Of a stretch of 64,000 nucleotides of DNA, positions 13,701 through 25,700 are shown one piece after another (within the stretch, counting starts at the first letter, position 1; every line of letters begins with the position of its first letter). The stretch lies in contig CDRNST010000188.1 in assembly GCA_977016875.1 (NCBI GenBank), forward strand, positions 2,232,001 through 2,296,000, written 5' to 3'. Source of the stretch: Pavona decussata (lineage: Eukaryota). Position numbers and translations under genes: made by a program. Under the pieces are notes generated by a model. It worked only from the letters and a program-made list of their open reading frames with translations, did not search any database and was not told where the DNA came from.

Positions 13701-16700
13701 TAGCAGATCACGGCTACAGTTACCTCAAGTACACCTACATGGAAAATAATTCGTTCGAATGTATGTGAGTACTTGGCCATAGTTTTGACAGATGATAATG
13801 AAGAGCGCGTATGCAAAATGCAAGGTGAGAACTTTACCATCCACAAACACGCACTCTATTCTCCAAGCGTTTTGTTAAATCTTCCTCGAGTCGTCACTTC
13901 TCCTCTTGTTCCTTGCGATATCTTTTTAGCCATTTTTCGTCTGCTATCGGCTCGTCCGCGTACGGTTCGAGTGTATCATCATCTTCACACGTATTACTTG
14001 TTTCGTGGACGCTATCTATCGCCTCGACTTCGACGCTTTCAAATTCGTCCTAGCAGCTTTCTTCAGCGGTTTGCTCACTTTCCGTGTCAGATATTAAGTT
14101 TTCTGCCATGGAATATACTTATTTGGAGCTAATTTTTTCCTTCCTACCGGTGAATCTGACGATTTTCTTTCTGCCGCGAACGGACTTTACTGAAGGTCAA
14201 ATGAGTGCATAGACACGAGAGTTCCTGAATCTACGTCACAGACTATGTCACGGGGCCCTGTCGTGAGCCCGTCGGCATTCTTACCAGCGGGGCGGATTGA
14301 CCGCAATAAAATAGGATTTCAAAGATTTGTAAAATTAATAACAAATTCGCGTTTTATGCTAATCGTAAAAAATTTTCGCGGACGTTCTGTTCAGATTCAG
14401 ATAAGAAAATAAAAAAAAATTCAGTTATGGGCACTTTAAGCTCCACTGACGACAAGTTACAATATGGTTGGTATAACTCTCTAATTTCGAATAATGTCAC
14501 ATAAAAAAAGATCTCCAAAACTTTTTCCTTACCACCCCTGTGGTAAAGGAAAACAAATCCCTTATCAACTTACAGGAGGGTCAACTTTGATAATTTCGAG
14601 AATACTCCAGCCGGAAGACTTTGAAGTTTATTCGTATCCAAGTACCTGCAAGAAATAGGACATTGGTCAATTTTAATTGGTAAGGAGAAATCACGTGCAT
14701 AGCCACGTGCATACTAATAAATAATAATAAATTTAAATTTATACCGCGCAGTTTCTATAAAAATATTCAACTGCGCCTTACAATAAATATTAAATTCAAA
14801 ATAAAATGGAAGTTCAAAATTACAATTCTAAAATTCCATAAATAAATAAAATAATTCATCAATAATGCAAATTAATTATAATAACTATAGTAACTAATTA
14901 AATGCCCCATTAAATAAAAAAGTTTTAAGTCTAATTTAAAAAATATCTAAACTGGAAATAGATCTTATTGTGATAGGAAGCAGATTCCAAAGTCAAGGGG
15001 CAGAACAACTAAACGATCTATCCGCCAGGGTCTTCTTGGTTCTTATTGTCGGGAAAGCTAATAAGGTTGCAGAGTCATCGTTGCGCCTTAAATTATAGAT
15101 TATACCTAGACGGCGGCAAGATAGTAAATGACGTTAGTAATCAGGCGCCATACCATGTAATACCTTAAATACGAACATAAGTGACATTGTCAAGGCCATA
15201 TGAAAACAAATTCAAATGAAACACCGAGAAATGTCGAAGGTCTTAACCTTTTTTGTAGTTTAACATTCCGAATCTCTACTGCTTGCTTCGTTGTTACAGA
15301 TATCATTTAGGTAACACTGCAGTCTGAATATCACTCAAAAGATATGATGGCTTGGAAAACAATGATTCCTTTAGTTATGTTTCAAACGAGACATCTTTTT
15401 GAAAAGTCAGAACTGAAGTGTTGGTCATGATTTGAATATCATCATCAGTATCTTGACCAACAAATATAGTAAAAAAAAATGGAAAAACAATCAAATGAAT
15501 AAATCAACAAATTGGTCTTCAAAACGTAAATTCAACATGAAAATATAAAAAACCTCAACTTACAGTCTTTGCAGATTGTTCAGTTTAGAGAATACAGTTC
15601 CCGACAGTTCAGCGATTGAGTTACTTCCAAGATACCTAATCAAGTTGAAAGGTATAAAAGAAAAAAAAAATCAGTAATAGGTGGTTTGCATCGCCGTCAT
15701 GTTGGTGTACAGAACAAAAGAAAAAAAATTGTTCACAAAGTTTGCATAAAAATGGCAGGTAACTCCCAGAGGAGAAAAATCTTATTGTCCCGTCTGACCT
15801 CTTCGTTGCTTCAGTTCGTTGCTCTACTAACTTTGCATTCGGGTAACTGTTCATTTTGTGAGTTTGTCATAAGCCCATGGAAGATAATTAAGTAAATTAA
15901 AGACGATATATCTGAGCTGCATGGTGGGCTTTCTTTAATATCCAACTTGATTATTTGTGAGGCTTGGACGAACTGAGCTATCCAGCCAGCTGGGTGGTGG
16001 TCATATTCCCGTGGAGGATGAATAAATTAAAGTAGATATATCAAATCCAGCGAATTTGGATTACGTAGGAAACATTTAAATACAAGGAAGATAATTGCAG
16101 TTACCGTACGCAACTTGAGCACTTTGTAAAACGAAGCTTGAAAGTAACATAAAATAATAAAAATAAACCAAGCTTGCTTTTCGCAACTGCTCAAGTAGCG
16201 TACACTGTACGTATTGAGCGTTTTAAAAAGACGCGAAAGGCCACCGAAGATAAGTTCGCTGGCAGAAGTAATGATTTAGGCAACCGTTGGCGCTATTTTT
16301 ACCAACTTTTCGTGAAACCCACGTCTCACTATGTTGTAACGCTTTGGCCTTAATCGCGACTCCCGCCCTTTCCCACCACCCAACGCTGTTTGGAAAATTA
16401 ATAGCGCTAGGCTAAAAACCTACAAAAGATATGACTTTGCCAGTACATCCAACATTGCGCATTGGGGGGGGGGGGGGGGGGGGGGGGAGTGGTGGTCGAA
16501 CGCATTATAACACTTGTACCTAGTGACGATATGTTGTTGTTGTACTTTATCCTTGATAGAATCATGCTTCCTTTCCCACAATTCAATGTTCTTAGACGCT
16601 GAAAAGCGATTCAAAAGATGTCGAGTTCCTTGTACTATCCAACATTGCACCGGGACAAAGGGGGCGGATGGCCAAACTGGAATTAAGGTCCTTTTGGAGT

Positions 16701-19700
16701 ATATCACAAATAACAAAAATCAGTCGCGTGATTACCAGTTAGGGGAAGCTGTAACATAACGCTTTTCAGGGCTACTGCTTTCAAGATTGGCCTCGTTCTC
16801 AAATTCAAAAACCTGGTTGTTATGATTTGTTTGTAGTGTCAACCAGTAAGTGTTTGAGGCTTTAAAAGACAATAAACTGAGCGTAAACTTCGTTTGCCGT
16901 TTCATACCAACAAAACTCAAAATGCCTCTTTTTTGCGTCCTGTAGCAAACTAAGCTAAAAAACATACATCTTTGCATTGTAGTCTTTGATTCAAAGTCTC
17001 ATTTAGAAAGCAAAATTCCCTAATGACAGCAAACCTTAATCTCTCGACCAAACATTTGTCTTCAATTTTGCCTCTCACGCCTGTACAGCGAATCGAGCAG
17101 GAATTTAAACTCTTAAATTATTGAATTTTAAGCCGACTTAATTGTTCCAATACACTCATTTCTCCTTGACCTGTCACCCTTTAAACACAGAAAAGGATAT
17201 TTATTATAGGAGAAGCACTTCGGCTCCTACAGACTAAATCAGTCCAAGATAAATTTCGAAATGTTGCTAACATTTCTTCCCCTCCCGAATTACAGGGAAG
17301 CTGAAATTCGAATACATTTTAACTGAAACTCCTTAGCTCTAGTTCATAGTTCTCCAAAGTGTTTTGTTACGCATTAATCTGATAACAGCCCGGTGTTCCG
17401 AATCTCCAGCAGAGGCATTCTAGTTATTTGTCGCTTAAGGGTCTTGCCAGCAACCGGTCCGTCCACCACTCGCACAAGGCCGTCAGGGCCAGGGTACGTC
17501 TGCTCGATGCGCCCAACATTCCACTGTCGCCTCACTCTACCGGGATCAATAACAACGACAACATCTTCAAACCGCAAATTGTCGTTACGGAAGTACCATT
17601 TCTGTCTTGATTCAATCTGCGGTATATATTGTTTCATCCATCGGTTCCACACGTCTTGTGAGCTCTTGTAGTCTTCTCCAGCGCTTTCTGGGATTAAATG
17701 GCTCGGTGTCGACGCTCTCTGGTACAAAATCGCCACCAATTTTTCTGATCAGAAAGTGATTTGGAGTCAAGACGCGCTCGTCGTTAGGATCGTCACTCAC
17801 AGCTGTTAAAGGTTTCGAATTCAGGAGACTTTCTACCCCAATCGAGATTGTCTCCAACTCCTTATATTAACTCCTGCATCACCGAGTACAGCAAAAATAG
17901 CTCGCTTTGCTGACTTAATCTTAGACTCAAAGACTCCACCAAAATGTGGCGCTGCAGTTGGGTTCAATTTCCAACTCACTCCTTTATTGGAGATCATCCG
18001 TTGTATCTTGTCTTAGTCTATAGCAGAGACTAGGTCTCGCAGTTCCCTCGATGCGCTTACAAAGTTCGTTCCATTGTATCTTAACATTTGCGGCGGCCAT
18101 CCTCTCCGCGCAGTCATTCTAACTAAAGCGTTAAAAAATGCATCAGTGTCCAAAGACGACGCCATCTCTAAGTGGCAACAATGGGTCTTCAAACAGAGAA
18201 ACAAACACAAATAGCGCTTAGCTCGCACTCTTCCACGTCCTTGCTTAGTTAAGAAAGGTCCTCCAAAGTCTATTGCACAGCTCTCGAAAGGTCTGGGGGA
18301 TTGCTGCAGTCTAATCTTCGGTAACGGGGCCATTTGCTAGTGAGCTGGCTATAATCGAAATCGTTTCGCACACCCAAAACATTCTCTTATGACTCTTTTT
18401 ACTTGTTCACGAACATGGGCCCCTACGTATTTCTCCTGTACATGATTAATCGTATAGTTAAGCCCCATCTGATGACCCTCTAATTATTGGTAGTACTTAA
18501 CGATCAGTTCTGTGACATGATTCCTCTTAGGCAGTATGATTGGACACTTCACATCATATGAGAGATCGTCTGCATGTCGTAGTCTGGTGTTGGACCTCAA
18601 AATGCCATTAGCTAATACTGGATAAAACGGTGCCAATGCACTTCCTCTTAGCATCACCTAGTTCCTTCTCATTAGCTCTATCTCTGCTGCGTACACTTTA
18701 GACTGAACCTCCCGAATGATAAATTCCTCAGCGTTTTGAATCTCCAATGGCTTCAGTTTACCCTTCTCTCCCTGTTCAGCTGGTTTCCAACAATTGTCTG
18801 TAAATCGGCGCACCCACGCTGTCACACGACAACCCAATTTCCAGTTCTCCTTTTCTTTTGACTCGATACCATTTCGAGTATCTTGAGGGTTCCAATTGCC
18901 ACACCTCTTCGACACCAGCCTATTCTTCACCTTCTTTAATTATTTGGTAACTGATAGCATCCTTTGTCCCTGTTTCTTTTGTTCCTTTAAGTTCAAGGTT
19001 CTCTGTTGACGTTGGCTTGTTAAACTTCCACTCTGGCCAGTCTTGTTTTGACTTCTTCAGATATTCGGGTCATAAGTCCACCATAGGTCTGCGCTTGCTA
19101 ACTCTTCTACTGTCAGACATTTTGTCCCAGGGTCGGCGGGGTTTACATCCGTAGGAACATAGCCCCACTGATTAGGAGCAGAGAACTCATGAATTTCTCC
19201 AACATGATGGGCTATGAACGGTCTATACTCTCTACTCTGACCTTGGATCCAGTAACCCACATTCACACTGTCCACCCAATAGGTCACTCCATTTGTTGGT
19301 ATCTTGAGTGGAGAGCAAAGTTTTCTTGTTAATCGTAATCCAATGAGTGCACCCAAAAGTTCAAATCTGGGGATGCTCACTGCTTTCAATGGTGCCAGCC
19401 GAGACTTCGGCATAATCATTCGAGCAGTGACATTTAAATCCTCATACACATGACGTGCGTAAACCATAGCTGTATGTGCGTTCTCTGACGCGTCACTGAA
19501 TGTATAAATGCTCAGTTCTTCCATATTAAGACTTCGGTCTTTCAAACACCTTGGGATTTTCACAAGTTCAAGGTCTTCCAAGTCTTGGAACCACTTTGTC
19601 CATTCTTGCTGATGAGGTGTCGGCAACAGTTCATCCCAATCCCGTGCCTCCAGCCATGCCATTTGTATCAACAACTTGAACCTGATTACATTAAAGGTGA

Positions 19701-22700
19701 TAAGAATCCTAACGGGTCGTAAACTGCTGCTTTTCGCCTCAAAACATTTCTCTTGGTGAATTCAAATCCATCTAACTGTAACAAGTGTCTAAAGGAAAAT
19801 TCTTCCCTTGTGGCGGCCCAGGACACTCAGCTTTATGAATCGACTTTATTTAAACACGGTAAATGGCTCAGCAAGCTGGTTTTCAGACATGCCGTGTGAT
19901 AATTACAAATTACAAATTGACCCCTCAAATTGTAGTCATGAATTTCAGAGGTTCTATGAAACCGCTCCCTAAGGTACGTCGGACAATTACTATTGAATAC
20001 TTTAAACATTGTATCTAATAAGTGCCTTTTTCTTCTTTCTTCTGAGTTTGTCCACTCCAAAGAATTTAGTACATCTGATAATCTGATAGAGTAATCAGTC
20101 CGAGTAATAATCCGTGCTGCTCTATTTTGTAACTTTTGCAATTTGTCAGCACGTGTTTTGGAACAGTCACCCCATACAATATCACAATAGTCAAAGTAGG
20201 GCTGGACAAGTGAATAGTAAATAGTTTTAAGAGTCTCTTGATTATCGGTTAGTTTTCTAGCTAAATACAGCATTCGCAGGCCATTAAAGACTTTGGATGA
20301 AATATTTTTGATCTGATTATCGCAGGTTAGCATTTCATCAATATGAACCCCCAGTAACTTAGCAGAGGGTTTATGTTCAATAGGTCTATTATCCAACTCT
20401 AGATTCATGAACTTGGCATTTGCCAAATTATGCCGAGAGCCAATTGTCATATAACTAGTTTTAGAAGTATTGGAACTTAATGTGTTTGTCTAATCCAATT
20501 ATGTGCTGCAATTAAGTCACTATTTATAAAGAAGATTCAATTCCGGATATATCTTTATGAGCTGTAGTTATATATGTATCATCGGTAAACATACCAGGCG
20601 TTGTATGCTGCAGATTAGGGAAAATCGTTTATATAAATTATGAACAACAGTGGTCCAAGTATAGAGCCCTGGCGAATGCCACATGATATATATCGTTCTG
20701 TGGATAAGACCCCATTTACACAACATCTCTGTGTTCTGCCAGTCAAATATGATATATGATTTACGCAGCTGGAGAGCATTGCCATTGACACCATAACAAC
20801 GCAGCTTACGTAGTAAGATGTAATGGTCAACAGTGTCGAAGGCTTTCCTTAAGTTGATAAATACACTACCATTAAGTTTACCAGCATCCATGTTGGCAAG
20901 CCAAAGGTTTACTGCACTTATCAAAGCTGTAGAGGTTGAATAATTTGGTCTAAAGGCAGATTGAGACTCAGTTAAAAGATTACCTGCTTGAAAATATTCT
21001 AACAGCTGAGAGTGCATGACCTTTCCACAATTTTCGATATGGCAGGTAGAATAGAAATCGGTCGGTAGTTGCTTGGAACATTTCTTTCATCCGACTTAAT
21101 AATAGGATGTACTTTTGCCTTTTTCCAATCATCAGGAAATATTCCAGTCTCCATCTCATGATTAATAATATCACATATAGAGTCTGAGATATACGCACTA
21201 AAAAGCTTTAAGAGTCTACTAGCTAGTAATGTTATCTAGCCCACACTGCCTTGCTGAGGGTTTAAGATCGGAAATAAGGTTTAGAATACATCCTACGTTT
21301 GTCGGGCGAAAACAAAAATTTAAATCGGTTCTATTTAAAAAATCCTCTGGTTGAGAAGCAGTATCAGGGATACCAGATGCCAGCTTACTACCTAGCGAAC
21401 AAAAGTGATTATTCATTTGTTCAGCTATATCTTGCTTTTGTACAAAATCTTTGCCCTCATAAAGAAGTTCATTTATAATTGTCATTTTAGGCTTGCAACC
21501 CAGGGAAATATGCAAACGAAACGCAAAAGACGAAAACCAACAAAAAACAACGAAAAACTCCGCTATTTACCTTTGTGTCTCTTGAAGTATTTTAAAACAA
21601 AAATTCAAATCTGGAGGTTGTTGGTTACCCGTGGCGATTGAATGACATTTAGATGTAATAATTGTTGCATTTTGAAAGGAAGAAAAAAGGAAGAAAAAAA
21701 AAATGAGTGGACCTAAAAATATTCAATTTCCCTAAGTTACTCACAGTGTTCGAAGATGTATTAGTTCCGAGAATACTTGTTCCGGCAGCTCAGCAATCCT
21801 GTTGCCACCAAGATCCCTGTAGAAGAGAAGTGAAAAAAAAATCAAACTGATATGTTATTCTTTTTTACACTTTCCATTAAAATATTAAATTTTTACATCA
21901 TTTGGCGATGGTGAAAACACGCTCTAAAACATCAAGGACTTTTCTAAAACTTCATTTATGCCGCGACACCGGCTCTGTTCTTCTTTTCCTGACGATGACA
22001 CTGCACACCAAAAGACCTTATAGACCTCAAAGATAGCGTTTACTTAAATAATCCGATATCCGATACGCTCAGCCTGATAACACGTGCCTCTATTCTCCAA
22101 TTCGACGGCGACGCATGAATTAGATTATGCTATAATGTAATCCTGTTTTTTGTTGTTGTTGTTGTTTGGCACAATTTGATAGTTTCAAGGTAAAAAGCAG
22201 TCAAAAGTACAAAAGTAGTCCGAGTACAACAAAAATAGCTCGCTTTGCTGACTTAATCATAGATTCAAAGACTTCACCGAAATGTGGTGCTGCAGTTGGG
22301 TTCCATTGGCAAATCACTCGCAGTTCCCTTTATGCGCTTACAAAGTTCGTTCCATTGTCTCTTAACATTTGCTGCGGCCAGCCTCTCCGCGCAGTCATTC
22401 TGACTAAAGCGTTAAGAAATGCATCAGTGTTCAAAGACGACGCCATCTCTAAGTGTCAACAATGAGTCTTCAAACAGAGAAACAACACAAATAGCGCTTA
22501 GCTCGCACTCTTCCACGTCCTTTCACAGCTCTCGAAAGGTCTGGGGGATTGCTGCAGTCTAATCTTCGGCATCGGATCCATTTGCTGGTGAGCTGGCTTT
22601 GACCGAAATCGTTTCGCACACTCAAAACATTCTCTTATGACTCTTTTTACTTGTTCACGAACATGGACCGCTTAGTATTTCTCCCGTACATGATTAATCG

Positions 22701-25700
22701 TATAGTTAAGCCCCATCAGATGACCTTCTAATTATTGGTAGTACTTAACGATCAGTCCTGTGACATGATTCCTCTTAGGAAGTATGATTGGACACTTCAC
22801 ATCATATGAGAGATCGTCTGCATGTCGTAGTCTAGTGTTGGACCTCAAAATGCCATTAACTAATACTGGATTAAACGGTGCCAATGCACTTCCGCTTAGG
22901 ATTTAATTGTTCCTTCTCAATGGCTCTATCTCTGCTGCGTACAGTCTTTAGACTGAATATCCCGAATGATAAATTCCCCAGCGTTTTAAAGCAACAAATG
23001 GCTTCAGTTCACTCTTCTCTCCCTGTTCAGCTGGTTTCCTACAATTGCCTGTAAATCGGCGCACCCACGCTGTCACACGAACTAAAGAAAACCCAATTTC
23101 CAGTTCTCCTTTTCTTTTTAACTCGATACCATTTCGAGTATCTTTAGGGTTCCAATCGCCACACCTCTTCGACACCAGCCGTTTCTTCACCTTCTTTATT
23201 TATCTGGTAACTGATAGCATGGATCCTTTGTCCCTGTTTCTTTTGTTCCTTTAAGTTCAAGGTTCTCTGTTGACGTTGGCTTGTTAAACTTCCACTCTGG
23301 CCAGCCTTGTTTTGACTTCTTCAGATATTCGGGTCATAAGTCCACCATAAGTCTGCGCTTGCTAACTCGTCTACTGTCAGACCTTTTGTCCCAGGGTCGG
23401 CGGGGTTTACATCCGTAGAAACATAGCCCCACTGATTAGGAGCAGAGAACTCATGAACTTCTCCAACATGATGGGCTATGAACGGTTTATACTCTCTACT
23501 CTGACCTTGGATCCAGTACCCCACATTCACACTGTCCACCCAAAAAAACTGCAGCAAGAATTCAACGAGCTCAAACAAATATTGTACACACATGTGTTGC
23601 AGAATTCTGCAGACAATAAAAATGTTGAAAAGTATAGCAGTGTTATCTCTGAAAACCTAGCCACCACAACGGGGGTTCAAAATAAAAAAGGGCACAAAGC
23701 AAATAACAAGTGCAAAGAGCGCAGAAAAATATTGGCTAAAAAACAGATTCAGACACAAAGAGAAAAACACGAGAAATTCATAAGGAATTTTTCAAACCAA
23801 CAACTTAGCGACAGCCTGTTAGCGTTATTTCTAAAGGGCTCCAATTTGTCCTGACACCGGTGACAGACGCGAATTACATTAGACGCCAACTCTTTGTAAC
23901 TCTTGTTAGACTTCGAACATTTCGCAAGACGTATGCCTAAAAGATACAATGGATTTCGTAAACTTTATAGGAAAGACCAAGGTCTCTCAAGATACTATCT
24001 TGGTATCAATGGATGCAACAAGCTTGTATACAAATATACCACAGGAGGAGGGAATTACAACAGTATGCAAAGCATACGAGGCATTCCACAGCAATAAACC
24101 TCCTATACCGTAACACTACCTCAAAGAAATACTTAAACTTATTCTTCAGGAAAATTCATTCCAAGTTGTTGGAAACAATTATCTCCAGACCCATGGAACT
24201 GCAATGGGTACAAAAATGGCCGTTGCGTTTGCAAACATATGGCCGATATTGAAACAAAAGTGATAAGTCAAAGCAAAACAAAACCAATAGCAATAGAATG
24301 GAAACGTTTTATTGATGACATTTTCTCACTGTGGGACGGTGAGAAAAAGGAAATTAACCTGTTCATTGAACAAGCTAACAACTTCCATCCTACAATTAAA
24401 TTTACGGCCGAAATTTCAGAGAACGAGACAAGCTATTATTATCACAGTTCAACACGTGTCTCTCCTGTAGTTCCGCGAGAACAATGCCGCTGGTCAGCGC
24501 TTCCCAATTGCCTTCGAGTTACTTGCAGCAGTAGCACTCGCTGATATTTGCTAGCAGATCACGGCTACAGTTACCTCAAGTACACCTGCATGGAAAATAA
24601 TTCGTTCGAATGTATGTGAGTACTTGGCCATAGTTTTGACAGATGATAATGAAGAGCGCGTATGCAAAATGCAAGGTGAGAACTTTACCATCCACAAACA
24701 CGCACTCTATTCTCCAAGCGTTTTGTTAAATCTTCCTCGAGTCGTCACTTCTCCTCTTGTTCCTTGCGATATCTTTTTAGCCATTTTTCGTCTGCTATCG
24801 GCTCGTCCGCGTACGGTTCGAGTGTATCATCATCTTCACACGTATTACTTGTTTCGTGGACGCTATCTATCGCCTCGACTTCGACGCTTTCAAATTCGTC
24901 CTAGCAGCTTTCTTCAGCGGTTTGCTCACTTTCCGTGTCAGATATTAAGTTTTCTGCCATGGAATATACTTATTTGGAGCTAATTTTTTCCTTCCTACCG
25001 GTGAATCTGACGATTTTCTTTCTGCCGCGAACGGACTTTACTGAAGGTCAAATGAGTGCATAGACACGAGAGTTCCTGAATCTACGTCACAGACTATGTC
25101 ACGGGGCCCTGTCGTGAGCCCGTCGGCATTCTTACCAGCGGGGCGGATTGACCGCAATAAAATAGGATTTCAAAGATTTGTAAAATTAATAACAAATTCG
25201 CGTTTTATGCTAATCGTAAAAAATTTTCGCGGACGTTCTGTTCAGATTCAGATAAGAAAATAAAAAAAATTCAGTTATGGGCACTTTAAGCTCCACTGAC
25301 GACAAGTTACAATATGGTTGGTATAACTCTCTAATTTCGAATAATGTCACATAAAAAAAGATCTCCAAAACTTTTTCCTTACCACCCCTGTGGTAAAGGA
25401 AAACAAATCCCTTATCAACTTACAGGAGGGTCAACTTTGATAATTTCGAGAATACTCCAGCCGGAAGACTTTGAAGTTTATTCGTATCCAAGTACCTGCA
25501 AGAAATAGGACATTGGTCAATTTTAATTGGTAAGGAGAAATCACGTGCATAGCCACGTGCATACTAATAAATAATAATAAATTTAAATTTATACCGCGCA
25601 GTTTCTATAAAAATATTCAACTGCGCCTTACAATAAATATTAAATTCAAAATAAAATGGAAGTTCAAAATTACAATTCTAAAATTCCATAAATAAATAAA

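Larger units (their letters stand above)
11834..14435. mobile_element. Defective Kolobok DNA transposon (TTAA TSD; THAP-transposase 5' end and convergent KolX gene; centre replaced by a Penelope fragment)
   Basis: ttaa|agtgcccataacagaatttttttttattttctcatctgaatct ... agattcagataagaaaataaaaaaaaattcagttatgggcact|ttaa; two convergent intron-containing pseudogenes. Confidence 0.88.

Noticed and set aside
15955-16210. tRNA gene
   Set aside because: Only a degenerate tRNA-like/SINE-like remnant (aactgagcta..ccagctggg); no cloverleaf can be built
23321-23854. ORFs crossing the tandem junction (23453..23854 +, 23321..23593 -, and copies at 34171-34704) as new chimeric genes
   Set aside because: Chance fusions of antisense BEL and Penelope debris created by the breakpoint; no promoter, splice or domain support
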